Origin: a virus
Taxonomy: Duplodnaviria; Heunggongvirae; Uroviricota; Caudoviricetes
Direction: 5' to 3' (one strand)
IMG/VR virus record: IMGVR_UViG_3300032312_000788
Location: 74,986-138,985 of that record
Length of the DNA: 64,000 nt
Under the pieces are notes generated by a model. The model did no database searches, was not told the origin of the DNA, and saw nothing but the letters and a program-made list of their open reading frames with translations. Position numbers and translations under genes: made by a program. Below, one piece after another: positions 21,181 to 30,070 of this stretch (positions within the stretch are counted from its first letter, which is position 1; each line of letters opens with the position of its first letter).

Positions 21181-21246
21181 TCTTTATTCTATATTCTTTA
21201 TTCTATATTCTATATTCTTTATTCTATATTCTTTATTCTATATTCT
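21181..21246. repeat. 14-bp tandem repeat (tctttattctatat) about 4.5 copies
   Basis: seen directly; generates spurious ORF 21096..21302. Confidence 0.8.
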
Positions 21247-21371
21247 TTTATCAAAACAGAATTACAATCTTTACAATAACTTCTAAGTCCATTTTTTCCT
21301 AATTTTTGTTTCGAAAAACATAAAAGAGGTTTAAATATTTTACAAACACTACAAACTTTACCTTCACTCAT
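21219..21371 (-). CDS. possible 50-aa zinc-ribbon mini-protein
   Basis: hand-translated minus-strand ORF MSEGKVCSVCKIFKPLLCFSKQKLGKNGLRSYCKDCNSV.. with two CxxC pairs; C-terminus derived from the tandem repeat; below the 60-aa ORF cut-off. Confidence 0.25.
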   Translation of the reverse strand: MSEGKVCSVCKIFKPLLCFSKQKLGKNGLRSYCKDCNSVLIKEYRIKNIE

Positions 21372-21400
21372 ACTATTATTTAATATATTCGGTTGAAGAT

Positions 21401-22090
21401 TTGAAGAAAAACTTTACATTTATGAAATTATATTTAGTGCGCCACGGTCAGTCATTAGGAAACGCGAATCCTTCGGTTTATTTTCAAAAACTTGATTGTG
21501 ACATAGAACTTACCGGACATGGACAAGCTCAAGCTGTAAAATCAGGTGACAGAATTATGGATTTAAACGATCATATCGTTCATAAAAACGATACAGATTA
21601 TCCTTATCCTAGTAAGAATCCACCTTATAGGTTCAATATGTGCTATAGTCCATATAAAAGGGCTAGACAAACAGCAGATATTATTCATGGACAAATCACC
21701 AATTTTGAAGGATATCATATCGAGAATTATCAAGAGATGCCTTTATTGATTGAAAGAAATTGGGGATCTTTGAGAGATATTGTAGAAGCCGGTAAAAAAA
21801 CCGAAGATCATTTTAATTTCTATTATAGACCAGATGGTGGTGAGAGTTTCTTGGATACATATCAGAGAGTAGTTCTATTCGATATGTGGCTCAAGAGTAA
21901 TACCAAGTATGAGAATAACATTGTAGTCGCTCATGGAGAATTCAATAAATTATATCTCATGTATCTTTTAGGTTGGTCTGTTAAAGAATTTCAAAAATAT
22001 AAGACTCCGAAAAACGGTGAAGTGTATTTGATCGAAGATGGTAAATTATCATCATTAACCCCTCTAACAGAAAAATATATTAAACACTAA
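21401..22090 (+). CDS. histidine phosphatase superfamily (PGAM-like)
   Basis: LYLVRHGQSLGN (RHG catalytic motif). Confidence 0.65.
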   Translation: MKKNFTFMKLYLVRHGQSLGNANPSVYFQKLDCDIELTGHGQAQAVKSGDRIMDLNDHIVHKNDTDYPYPSKNPPYRFNMCYSPYKRARQTADIIHGQITNFEGYHIENYQEMPLLIERNWGSLRDIVEAGKKTEDHFNFYYRPDGGESFLDTYQRVVLFDMWLKSNTKYENNIVVAHGEFNKLYLMYLLGWSVKEFQKYKTPKNGEVYLIEDGKLSSLTPLTEKYIKH

Positions 22091-22104
22091 GATATCATAA
22101 AACT
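22079..22104 (+). promoter_or_regulatory. conserved gene-start motif
   Basis: ATTAAACACTAAGATATCATAAAACT then ATG 22105. Confidence 0.5.
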
Positions 22105-22482
22105 ATGATATACGCAATTAATTTTAAAGAATCGGGTGAAGTCTTGACACCCGAATCATTCAAGAAATATTGGCCTAATTATGGGAGTAATTCACTACAA
22201 GGTTGGAGAGCACCCAAGAAGATTTATTATAAACTTGGACAAGCCAAAACTGGATTTTCACATATTCCAGAGCAACTAAAACCGTATCTAGAAATTTCAG
22301 AATTCGCCAAGGTTAAGTCTGTGATTGATGGGGCTGATCTAATGATTTCTCAAAAAGAAAACAGAGAAATTAAAGAAAAGAAGGTAAAAGAGCGTAGAGC
22401 CAAGTGGCAGTTAGAAAGGGCTAAGTCTGATTACGAAAAGGCTAAGAGTGCCTTAGAATCTATTGAGAAAAATATACCATGA
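22105..22482 (+). CDS. hypothetical protein
   Basis: 125 aa. Confidence 0.35.
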   Translation: MIYAINFKESGEVLTPESFKKYWPNYGSNSLQGWRAPKKIYYKLGQAKTGFSHIPEQLKPYLEISEFAKVKSVIDGADLMISQKENREIKEKKVKERRAKWQLERAKSDYEKAKSALESIEKNIP

Positions 22483-23027
22483 AACGAGCGACACTAACTA
22501 ATTCTTACTGGTGGAGAGAACAATTTTGGAAAATCCGAGATTGGTTCTATCCAAGACAAAAATGGTTGACTAAAAAAATACCAAATCACTGGACAGATAA
22601 GATTGAACTTATTCCGCTTGTTCTATTCGAAATTTTAATTAATTTCGTAGAGAAGGAGGATGGACTCGAATCGATTTGGGGTGAGAGATATACAGGAGAA
22701 TCTGAAGATTGGAGACTTATCAGAGAACCAATCAGAAAGGAACTAGAGGAGATTTATGACTACATTAAAAACATTAGACCGCAACTCCAAAAAGAATTGG
22801 ATGAGTCATATCCTAAACCTCTTGATGGTGGTAATTTCTTTGATCATATTGATGAAATTGATAAAGATGGGAAGAAAGTATATCAAATGAGAACATGTGA
22901 ACAAATTTATGGTAAATCGTATAAGGATGCGTATGCTGAAGTTCATCGTTTAGAGGGTTTGATTGAAGAGAAAGATACTTGGGCTATGATGGGTATCGTT
23001 AGGCTTAGACAATCACTTTGGACTTGA
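22479..23027 (+). CDS. hypothetical protein
   Basis: 182 aa. Confidence 0.4.
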   Translation: MKRATLTNSYWWREQFWKIRDWFYPRQKWLTKKIPNHWTDKIELIPLVLFEILINFVEKEDGLESIWGERYTGESEDWRLIREPIRKELEEIYDYIKNIRPQLQKELDESYPKPLDGGNFFDHIDEIDKDGKKVYQMRTCEQIYGKSYKDAYAEVHRLEGLIEEKDTWAMMGIVRLRQSLWT

Positions 23028-23052
23028 TTAAACACTAAACTACAATTCAGAC

Positions 23053-23505
23053 ATGTTAAAGGCGTCTGGAGTTATAAATGTTCAACCACACAAAGGTCGT
23101 ATGGTTCTTGATGTTTCTCAAGATCTTGTTGAGCTTTATTATTGGTTTATATCCAAAAATTATTGGATCAGAATGAACAGACCAATGCATGGTGCTCACA
23201 TAACCCTTTATAGCTCGAAACATAACAAGAAAATCAATTGGGAGAAAGCTATGTATTATCACGGTAAAACCATTGAGTTTGATTATGATGAGAATATAGT
23301 TGAAGGTGGTTATACTAAGGGATTCTTGATGTATTACCTTAGAGTGTATTCAGAAGAACTAGATAAGATTAAGAAGAAGATCGGAGTTGTCGATGGTGAA
23401 AGATTTAAAGGAATTCATTTGACCATATGTAACGGAAAATTTAATTCAGCTTACCCTAGTTGGCCAAAAACCATCGAAATTAGAGAAAAAATGCTACCGC
23501 AATGA
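23053..23505 (+). CDS. 2H phosphoesterase (LigT/CPDase-like)
   Basis: two HxTx motifs (GAHITL and GIHLTI) about 85 residues apart. Confidence 0.6.
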   Translation: MLKASGVINVQPHKGRMVLDVSQDLVELYYWFISKNYWIRMNRPMHGAHITLYSSKHNKKINWEKAMYYHGKTIEFDYDENIVEGGYTKGFLMYYLRVYSEELDKIKKKIGVVDGERFKGIHLTICNGKFNSAYPSWPKTIEIREKMLPQ

Positions 23506-23517
23506 CTAAATAGTATT

Positions 23518-24495
23518 GTGGTATACACATTACAAGATAGGAAAAGTTGGCCAGTTACTACAGGCGTATATAAATTAACATTTATTAATTCAACATCTAA
23601 TAAAGTTTATATAGGAAGTTCTGCGAGTATTCGGAAAGGTAGTTATTACGGAATTAGAACTAGATGGGGTAAACACGCTGATTTACTTAAATTGGGAATA
23701 CATTATTCGAAAAAATTACAGTATGCATATAATAAGTATGGCGGAGAAAATCTTACATTCGAAATCATAGATTCTTGCGATGGTGGGAATATAATAGAGA
23801 TGGAGACGTTTTATATTACCAAATACGATAGTTGTAATAATGGTTACAATTCTAGACCAACCGCAGAAAGTAATGTCGGTTATAAAGTCCCCAAGTCTAT
23901 CATAGAAAAGACAAATATAACAAAAAGAAAGAAAAGGGAACCTTACGAAATCGATGTCCTTAAGCTTTATAAAGAAACCAAAAATGCTTTAGGTGTTTCG
24001 AGGGAATTGGGATTGAGTCATAGTGTAGTTTTAAAAATTTTAAAAGACTACAATATAATTCCAAAAAATGGAGATTATAAGCGGAAAAATGTCTACGCAT
24101 ACATGTTGGATGGGTGTTTTGTGGGAATATGGAAAGATGCTAGGAGTTGTGCTGATGCACTAAATCTTAAAAGTATTTGTAGTATATCTCATGTTGCTAT
24201 GGGTAAGAATATTTCATATAAAGGATATTTCTTTTCATATGAAAAGAAAACCAAAAGAGAGATAGTTGATTATATAAAAACTAGAATATGTGAAAGCAGA
24301 CAAAAAATGAGCAATCCAGATAAGTTGATACTTCGCAACATTGGTCAATATGATATGTCAGGGAACTTGATAAAGGTTTGGGAAACCTCAACAGAAATTA
24401 AAAAATATTTTGATATGTTCAATTTTTCCCCAATATCAGCGGTTTTTGCTGGAACAAAAAAACATTACAAAGGTTTCTTTTGGAAAAAAGAATAA
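23518..24495 (+). CDS. GIY-YIG homing endonuclease
   Basis: GVYKLTFINSTSNKVYIGSSASIRKG..RWGKH; long C-terminal DNA-binding region. Confidence 0.7.
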   Translation: MVYTLQDRKSWPVTTGVYKLTFINSTSNKVYIGSSASIRKGSYYGIRTRWGKHADLLKLGIHYSKKLQYAYNKYGGENLTFEIIDSCDGGNIIEMETFYITKYDSCNNGYNSRPTAESNVGYKVPKSIIEKTNITKRKKREPYEIDVLKLYKETKNALGVSRELGLSHSVVLKILKDYNIIPKNGDYKRKNVYAYMLDGCFVGIWKDARSCADALNLKSICSISHVAMGKNISYKGYFFSYEKKTKREIVDYIKTRICESRQKMSNPDKLILRNIGQYDMSGNLIKVWETSTEIKKYFDMFNFSPISAVFAGTKKHYKGFFWKKE

Positions 24496-24712
24496 TGGAT
24501 CAGTCTTTGCTGATTGGCCTAAACTTATAGAATTACGATAATATGACAGATAAAAAGACTTTACCAGATTTTTCTGAAATAGCGAAAGATATCAGATATT
24601 TAGAAGCCGAATCCTTTTGGATAGCGTATTATCAACCTTTAGGTATATCTGTTATAGGTAAAACCAAAGAAGACTCAACGAACGGTTTAGAAAAGGCATA
24701 TAATTCACATAA

Positions 24713-24967
24713 ATGAAAATAATCAAGACTAAGGTAACTACAATTGAATTCGACCCCGAAGAGGAGAGAAATAGAATTCGTAGAATTTTTAAGAAAAAGA
24801 AATATCGGGATGCGTTGATTAAAGTCATCAATGTCTTTGAAAAGGATGGATTAGATGCCGCATACGAAGCTTATGATGAGCTTCCATACAATGAAGAAGA
24901 CGAATACCCTCTTCAAGAATCTATGGGTATCTGGTGGTTCAATATACACGGTGATTTTGTTGTATAA
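24713..24967 (+). CDS. hypothetical protein
   Basis: 84 aa. Confidence 0.3.
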   Translation: MKIIKTKVTTIEFDPEEERNRIRRIFKKKKYRDALIKVINVFEKDGLDAAYEAYDELPYNEEDEYPLQESMGIWWFNIHGDFVV

Positions 24968-25007
24968 TAAAAAGGTTAAAGTGACCGAGGAAACTAAAAT
25001 AGAAATC

Positions 25008-25033
25008 ATTAAACACTAAGATATAATAATAGT
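25008..25033 (+). promoter_or_regulatory. conserved gene-start motif
   Basis: ATTAAACACTAAGATATAATAATAGT then ATG 25034. Confidence 0.5.
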
Positions 25034-25438
25034 ATGAAACAAAGAAATTTATTGGTGCTTAGGTCAGTTTCGGGTGCTGGTAAGACTACATTTTGTAATC
25101 TTTTTCCCGATGCTGTAGTATGCTGTGCAGATGATTACTTCACTGACAAGGATGGGAATTATAACTGGTATCTTGAAGGTCTTGGGAAAGCTCATGGATA
25201 TTGTTGGAACAAATTTGTCGATGCTGTTACTTCAACAACTAAGGATATCATCATTGCCAATGTTAACGCAAAACCTTCCGATTGGAACAAGTATGTGAAA
25301 GAAGCTGAAGATCTTGGGTTCATCGTAACTTTCATTGTGCTTGAAAATAGGCACGGTGGTAAGGATGTTCATAATGTTCCAGAAGAGACTCTACAACGCC
25401 AAGAGAAAACCATTAGAGAAAATCTTAAACTACGTTAA
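25034..25438 (+). CDS. P-loop kinase, polynucleotide 5'-kinase-like
   Basis: Walker A SVSGAGKTTF followed by CADDYFT, similar to T4 Pnk kinase GSGKST..NRDDYR. Confidence 0.5.
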   Translation: MKQRNLLVLRSVSGAGKTTFCNLFPDAVVCCADDYFTDKDGNYNWYLEGLGKAHGYCWNKFVDAVTSTTKDIIIANVNAKPSDWNKYVKEAEDLGFIVTFIVLENRHGGKDVHNVPEETLQRQEKTIRENLKLR

Positions 25439-25440
25439 TC

Positions 25441-25884
25441 ATGGCTAAATCTAAATATCCAAAGGGGTTTCGTGCTACTTGGCCACCTAAATTATACACA
25501 CAAAAACCGAATAAAACTATCCCAGCATATAGTGAATTATCTAAGGTTAGAGTGAGTGATGGAGACGAATTAATCTTTGAAGAAGGTAGACGATATAAAC
25601 TGTCTTTAGATCACGATTATGGGTGTTGTTATTATCCATCAGATATTCCATCAGATATTCCATCTATTGAAGCATATTTGATCGAATTTTCAGACGAGGG
25701 TATCGAGAATCCAAACTATAAATCTGAATTAAGAAAATATAATAGAGATAAGAAAAAACATTCCGAAGAGTTGAAAGAGTGGAAGAAGTGGAAAGCTATC
25801 TGGGATAAAGAAGAAGCGGCTGCGCAAGAAGCAGCAGAACGTAAAAAGTTGGAGGAATTGAAGGCTAAGTATGAAAAGCAATAA
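25441..25884 (+). CDS. hypothetical protein with charged C-terminal helix
   Basis: SDIPSDIPS duplication. Confidence 0.35.
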   Translation: MAKSKYPKGFRATWPPKLYTQKPNKTIPAYSELSKVRVSDGDELIFEEGRRYKLSLDHDYGCCYYPSDIPSDIPSIEAYLIEFSDEGIENPNYKSELRKYNRDKKKHSEELKEWKKWKAIWDKEEAAAQEAAERKKLEELKAKYEKQ

Positions 25885-26590
25885 ATCTGGAAATTACATT
25901 CAATTGACGAATTACCCTTTAGAATATTTCCAACCACTCTTCTCTGAAGAAAGGTGGAACGAAATCTTAGGAGTTGTTAATAACTGGATTAATCCTAAAT
26001 TGGATAGTGGTAGGACATTCAAATCTCTTATTATGAATCCCGAAACAGAATTATGTTTCAATGTGGGCGATAAGGATAATGTAGCCCAACATATGATGGA
26101 ATATATCCAAAAACAAGTTCTTGAGAAATATCTATCTCAAGAAGAAGTTCAGATGTGTAATTTCAAGGCCATGAATGCCCATTCTGAGGCTAGAGAAAAG
26201 AGAATCTATGATAGTGCTATAAAGGTAGATGAAGCCGATTATTGTCAACCTGTCTTTGAGGGTGACACTTTCTATTATGGTGGTGTAGATGATCTTAGAG
26301 ATATGTGGGATTATGATTATCCTCTTCCAGAGTATGTTTACGGTACAACCAAACTTTATACATTGAATAGTTGTGATTTGGATCAAGCTATCAATATTAT
26401 TCTAGAGCGTGTTGATGTAGAAGAAGATGATTTCATCAATATTTCAAAAATCCCAGAATATCTACAAGAAGCGTGGGATAAGTTTGTTGATGAAAATACT
26501 CAAGTATATTATGAAATCGATAATAAGACAGTAGTTTTACTCGATAAAACACTAAACCATAATGCTGAGTATGAAGCTACCAACGACTGA
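25871..26590 (+). CDS. hypothetical protein
   Basis: 239 aa. Confidence 0.4.
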   Translation: MKSNKSGNYIQLTNYPLEYFQPLFSEERWNEILGVVNNWINPKLDSGRTFKSLIMNPETELCFNVGDKDNVAQHMMEYIQKQVLEKYLSQEEVQMCNFKAMNAHSEAREKRIYDSAIKVDEADYCQPVFEGDTFYYGGVDDLRDMWDYDYPLPEYVYGTTKLYTLNSCDLDQAINIILERVDVEEDDFINISKIPEYLQEAWDKFVDENTQVYYEIDNKTVVLLDKTLNHNAEYEATND

Positions 26591-27134
26591 AGAATTCACT
26601 TACAAAGACTGTGTTATCGCAGGAGATGATTGCTGGCTTATCACTCCAAATCATATCGGTTGTAAGTGGAATGATGAAAATGCTCGTTTTCGTTCATGTA
26701 TTGTTCGTAAGTCGGATAATTTTGTAGTATCACAAGGGTTTGGGAAATTTACCAACTTTTCTGAACAACCAGATTTTCAACCATGGGATAAATCATGGAA
26801 GTTTGAAGCTCGTCATAAGTTGGATGGATGCTGTGACGAAAATACTATACTCTTTACAGAGGATGGTAATAAAACTATAAAGGAAATTTGTGATACTTTG
26901 TACATTGGAAAGGTGTTGGGATACAATCATAAAACTTCTCAAGAAGAGATGATTGATATATTGGCGCATTCTGTGAAATCCAATAACAACGATTGGTATG
27001 AATTGGAATTAGAAGACGGTAAGATTATTACCCTTACAGGAAACCATAAGGTGTATCTTCCTGAGTTGGATTGTTATCGAAGGGTTGAAGATTTGATAGG
27101 TGATGAAGTATTTTTATTGTCAAAAGGTGGATAA
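26562..27134 (+). CDS. Rnl1-type RNA ligase N-extein (about 89 aa) fused to split-intein N-terminal half
   Basis: GFGKFTNFSE..RHKLDG resembles T4 Rnl1 RPMEKFFNLNE..TKEDG (motif I KxDG); immediately followed by CCDENTILFTEDGNKTIKEI (intein block A) and LTGNHKVY (block B), then stop. Confidence 0.7.
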   Translation: MLSMKLPTTEEFTYKDCVIAGDDCWLITPNHIGCKWNDENARFRSCIVRKSDNFVVSQGFGKFTNFSEQPDFQPWDKSWKFEARHKLDGCCDENTILFTEDGNKTIKEICDTLYIGKVLGYNHKTSQEEMIDILAHSVKSNNNDWYELELEDGKIITLTGNHKVYLPELDCYRRVEDLIGDEVFLLSKGG

Positions 27135-28178
27135 TATCAACTTTATGACTAAATAAGTATATGACATGTCCATTTGAAAATATCCAGATAGAGTATAATG
27201 CAGCGTATACTAAAAGAATTTCTAAAAAATATCAACTTTCAGTAGACGAAGTTAAACATAAATTACTAACCGCCAATTTTCCTGAGATAGCGACAGAATC
27301 TAAATTCAGATTTTTTTATATAGACAGAGAATACTCTATACCCAAATTGGCTAGGGAATTCGGATTAAAATACTCCCAAATTGAATTTTTAATAAAATTT
27401 TATAATATTGCGAATAGGAATCATTCACAAGCAGCATCCACAAAATCTACAAGAAATCAGTATAAAAATACCTGCAATAAAAAGTATGGTGTTGATAATG
27501 TGAGTCAAATAGAAGAAGTCAAGAATAAAAAAGCGAACACATTCATATTAAACTATGGTGTAGATAATATTTGGAAATCTAAATCGTATTACGAATGGTT
27601 GGATACTTTCATGGTTGATAAGTATGGTAAAAGACGAATAACTGGAGACAATCAATCTGAAATTAGAAAAGAATATTGGAAAAATCTCCCATCTGATAAA
27701 AGAGAAGAAAGAATCAAAAAAATATTAGAAAATCTTCACACTGGATGTTATTCAAAACTCGAATCAAAAATATCAGTTATATTAGATGAATTTGAAATAC
27801 CTTATGAACGTTCATTTTGGCTGAACAAAAAACAATTCGACTTTAAAATTAAGGACAGTAATATCTTAATTGAAGTTCATGGAGATTTTTGGCACGCTAA
27901 TCCTTTAAAATACAAAGCTAATGACATATTAAACCATCCAAACAATCCAGTATCGGCTAAAGACTTATGGGAGAAAGATAGTAAAAAATTAAAGATGGCT
28001 AATTCTTACGGATATGATATAGTATATATTTGGGAGTCAGATATCAAAAACGATAAACACATAGAAATTTTATTCAATGAGATTAAAAAGTATAAAAAAG
28101 ATTGAGAATGGTTCAAAGAGATATGATATACAAACATCGTCTCAAAATTTTTATGCCAATAACATCTTGGTTCACAAC
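26829..28178 (+). mobile_element. split intein (IntN 26829..27134, IntC 28077..28178) with intervening free-standing homing endonuclease gene
   Basis: IntN and IntC lie in the same frame but are separated by stop codons; the endonuclease ORF sits between them in another frame. Confidence 0.65.
27161..28105 (+). CDS. free-standing homing endonuclease, Vsr-like / EDxHD-type catalytic domain
   Basis: C-terminal ILIEVHGDFWHANP..DIVYIWESD resembles Vsr FVDGCFWHGH core; sits between intein halves in a different frame. Confidence 0.55.
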   Translation: MTCPFENIQIEYNAAYTKRISKKYQLSVDEVKHKLLTANFPEIATESKFRFFYIDREYSIPKLAREFGLKYSQIEFLIKFYNIANRNHSQAASTKSTRNQYKNTCNKKYGVDNVSQIEEVKNKKANTFILNYGVDNIWKSKSYYEWLDTFMVDKYGKRRITGDNQSEIRKEYWKNLPSDKREERIKKILENLHTGCYSKLESKISVILDEFEIPYERSFWLNKKQFDFKIKDSNILIEVHGDFWHANPLKYKANDILNHPNNPVSAKDLWEKDSKKLKMANSYGYDIVYIWESDIKNDKHIEILFNEIKKYKKD

Positions 28179-29006
28179 TCTCTTCTCATCGTATCCAAGT
28201 ATAAGGGTGAACTCATTTGTAGAACCCGTGGAACCGTTGATGCTCGTCAGATGGCTAATGGGCATGAGATTGATGAACTCATTAAGAAGCATTACTTTTT
28301 CGAAACTCTAAAAAGAGGACCGGAAACTTATGGTGTGTCTTATCTCTTCGAATGGACGACCCCAAACAATATAATTGTATTAAGGGAACATAATGAACCA
28401 ACTTTAACTTTAGTTGGATCAGTTGCTAATGATTATGATGGGTGTGAGTATGCAACGCAATCTTATTTAGATTGCCTAGCTGAAATATATGGCTTTGATC
28501 GTCCACAAAAATACGAATACGACTCTATCGAAGAATGTCTCAAGGATGTTGCTGCTTGGAAAGGTAAAGAAGGTGTTGTATTGTATTCACCAGATGGGCA
28601 AACCTTAAAGAAGATCAAGGCTGATGAGTATTGTGAGCTTCATAAGATTTGCACTGGTATCAAGAATATCAATCAGGTATTAGATTTATTCATGACTACT
28701 GATAGATTTACTAAGTATGAGGATTTCTATAAGTATATCGAAATGACTATCGACTACGAAGTAGCTGAACGTCTCAAGGATGATTTATTAAAAATCGTTA
28801 CTGCTTATAACAAAGTCTTGGAAAAGATGAAGAAGGTTGATCATGTCATTGATGGTATCAGAGGTGATTCTTTCACTCGAAAGGATCAAGCTATGTGTAT
28901 CACACAACATTGGTCTGATTGGAGAAAATCCTACGGGTTCGTTACCCTAGACAATAAGGTAGTTGAAGACAAGCTTATCAAAGCTGCAATAGAATCAGAA
29001 TTATGA
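28077..29006 (+). CDS. split-intein C-terminal half (34 aa) fused to Rnl1-type RNA ligase C-extein
   Basis: NFYANNILVHN|S = intein block G with +1 Ser; extein SLLIVSKYKGEL..GTVDARQMANG..LFEWTTPNNIIVL parallels T4 Rnl1 SLVSTYLDGDEIL..GSIKSEQALMANG..FEFVAPTNRIVL. Confidence 0.7.
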   Translation: MRLKSIKKIENGSKRYDIQTSSQNFYANNILVHNSLLIVSKYKGELICRTRGTVDARQMANGHEIDELIKKHYFFETLKRGPETYGVSYLFEWTTPNNIIVLREHNEPTLTLVGSVANDYDGCEYATQSYLDCLAEIYGFDRPQKYEYDSIEECLKDVAAWKGKEGVVLYSPDGQTLKKIKADEYCELHKICTGIKNINQVLDLFMTTDRFTKYEDFYKYIEMTIDYEVAERLKDDLLKIVTAYNKVLEKMKKVDHVIDGIRGDSFTRKDQAMCITQHWSDWRKSYGFVTLDNKVVEDKLIKAAIESEL

Positions 29007-29587
29007 TAGATTATTTACAAGATTTAAAGAATAAATGTAAGGAGTTTTATCCTTATGTTGAGACTGTTCTAGAAGACCCTAGATTTTCTACATGTTCAGG
29101 TTCAGGTTCAGATATTCACCACCATTACGGTGATGGTGGACTGCTTCTACATACATATGAAGTGTATTCATATGGTGAGTTGATCGTTAATAAACATAAT
29201 TCAACATGTAGAGGTTGGGGAAATAGAGTGAATCCATTAGAAGTATTTATAAGTATTATCTGGCATGATTATGGTAAGATTTGGGATTACCAAAAAATTG
29301 ATGGAGTATGGGGAAAACACAATAACCACGCTCGTAAAATACATCATATTTCCAGATCAGCTATAGAGTGGGAAAGACATTATCCAGATATTGTAAGATC
29401 TGGTGTAATAACACCATGCCCAGTGAACGGAAATAGAATCACACACAATATTTTATCTCATCATGGACGAAGAGAATGGGGTAGTCCTGTTGCACCAGCT
29501 ACGAAAGAAGCATGGATTTTGCATCTTGCAGATAATTTGTCTGCTAGGTTGAATGATTGTGATAAACATGATATTATAAAACACTAA
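29003..29587 (+). CDS. HD-domain phosphohydrolase
   Basis: H..H, IIWHDYGK (HD), SHHG, LHLAD motifs. Confidence 0.55.
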   Translation: MIDYLQDLKNKCKEFYPYVETVLEDPRFSTCSGSGSDIHHHYGDGGLLLHTYEVYSYGELIVNKHNSTCRGWGNRVNPLEVFISIIWHDYGKIWDYQKIDGVWGKHNNHARKIHHISRSAIEWERHYPDIVRSGVITPCPVNGNRITHNILSHHGRREWGSPVAPATKEAWILHLADNLSARLNDCDKHDIIKH

Positions 29588-29601
29588 GATACAATACGAG
29601 T
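29575..29601 (+). promoter_or_regulatory. conserved gene-start motif
   Basis: TTATAAAACACTAAGATACAATACGAGT then ATG 29602. Confidence 0.5.
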
Positions 29602-29830
29602 ATGTTCATACAAGATTTAGAAGATTTGAGAGATGTTGTTGATAGTATATCCAATAATTACAATTATATTGAAACATCTGGTATGTGGGATTTAACACAT
29701 ACTTGTATATTTTGTCGAAATCGTAGTATGAATTCTATTAGTGATATTAAACATGATGAGAATTGTGTAAGCAAAAGACTTATTCATTTATATGATAGTT
29801 TGTCGAAATTAAAAAATAAATCAAAACAGT

Positions 29831-30070
29831 ATGAGTAAAAAAAATACCTTATGTATATCTCCCTCATGTGGACCGTGCTCGATGCTTAAATCTAAGCTAT
29901 CCAAACTGGGTCTAGAGGTAGAGGTAAAGGATTATAGCTTGGCTGGGGACAGAGAGTTTTTCATTAAACATGAAATTAGATCTGTCCCTCGCTTAGTTGT
30001 TGAGGATGGAGAAAACGTTACAATCATTCAAGGGATTGACGAAATCATTAAAGAAATAGAGAATGTATAA
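29831..30070 (+). CDS. thioredoxin/glutaredoxin-like protein
   Basis: SCGPCS active-site motif; 79 aa. Confidence 0.5.
   Translation: MSKKNTLCISPSCGPCSMLKSKLSKLGLEVEVKDYSLAGDREFFIKHEIRSVPRLVVEDGENVTIIQGIDEIIKEIENV

Noticed and set aside
21096-21302. + ORF encoding LFYILYSLFYILYS
   Set aside because: Product of the 14-bp tandem repeat; low complexity; not credible coding.
26562-29006. ordinary contiguous intein with embedded endonuclease domain
   Set aside because: IntN and IntC are in frame with each other but separated by stop codons; the endonuclease is in a different frame and overlaps IntC. A contiguous mini-intein reading is not supported unless there is a sequencing frameshift.
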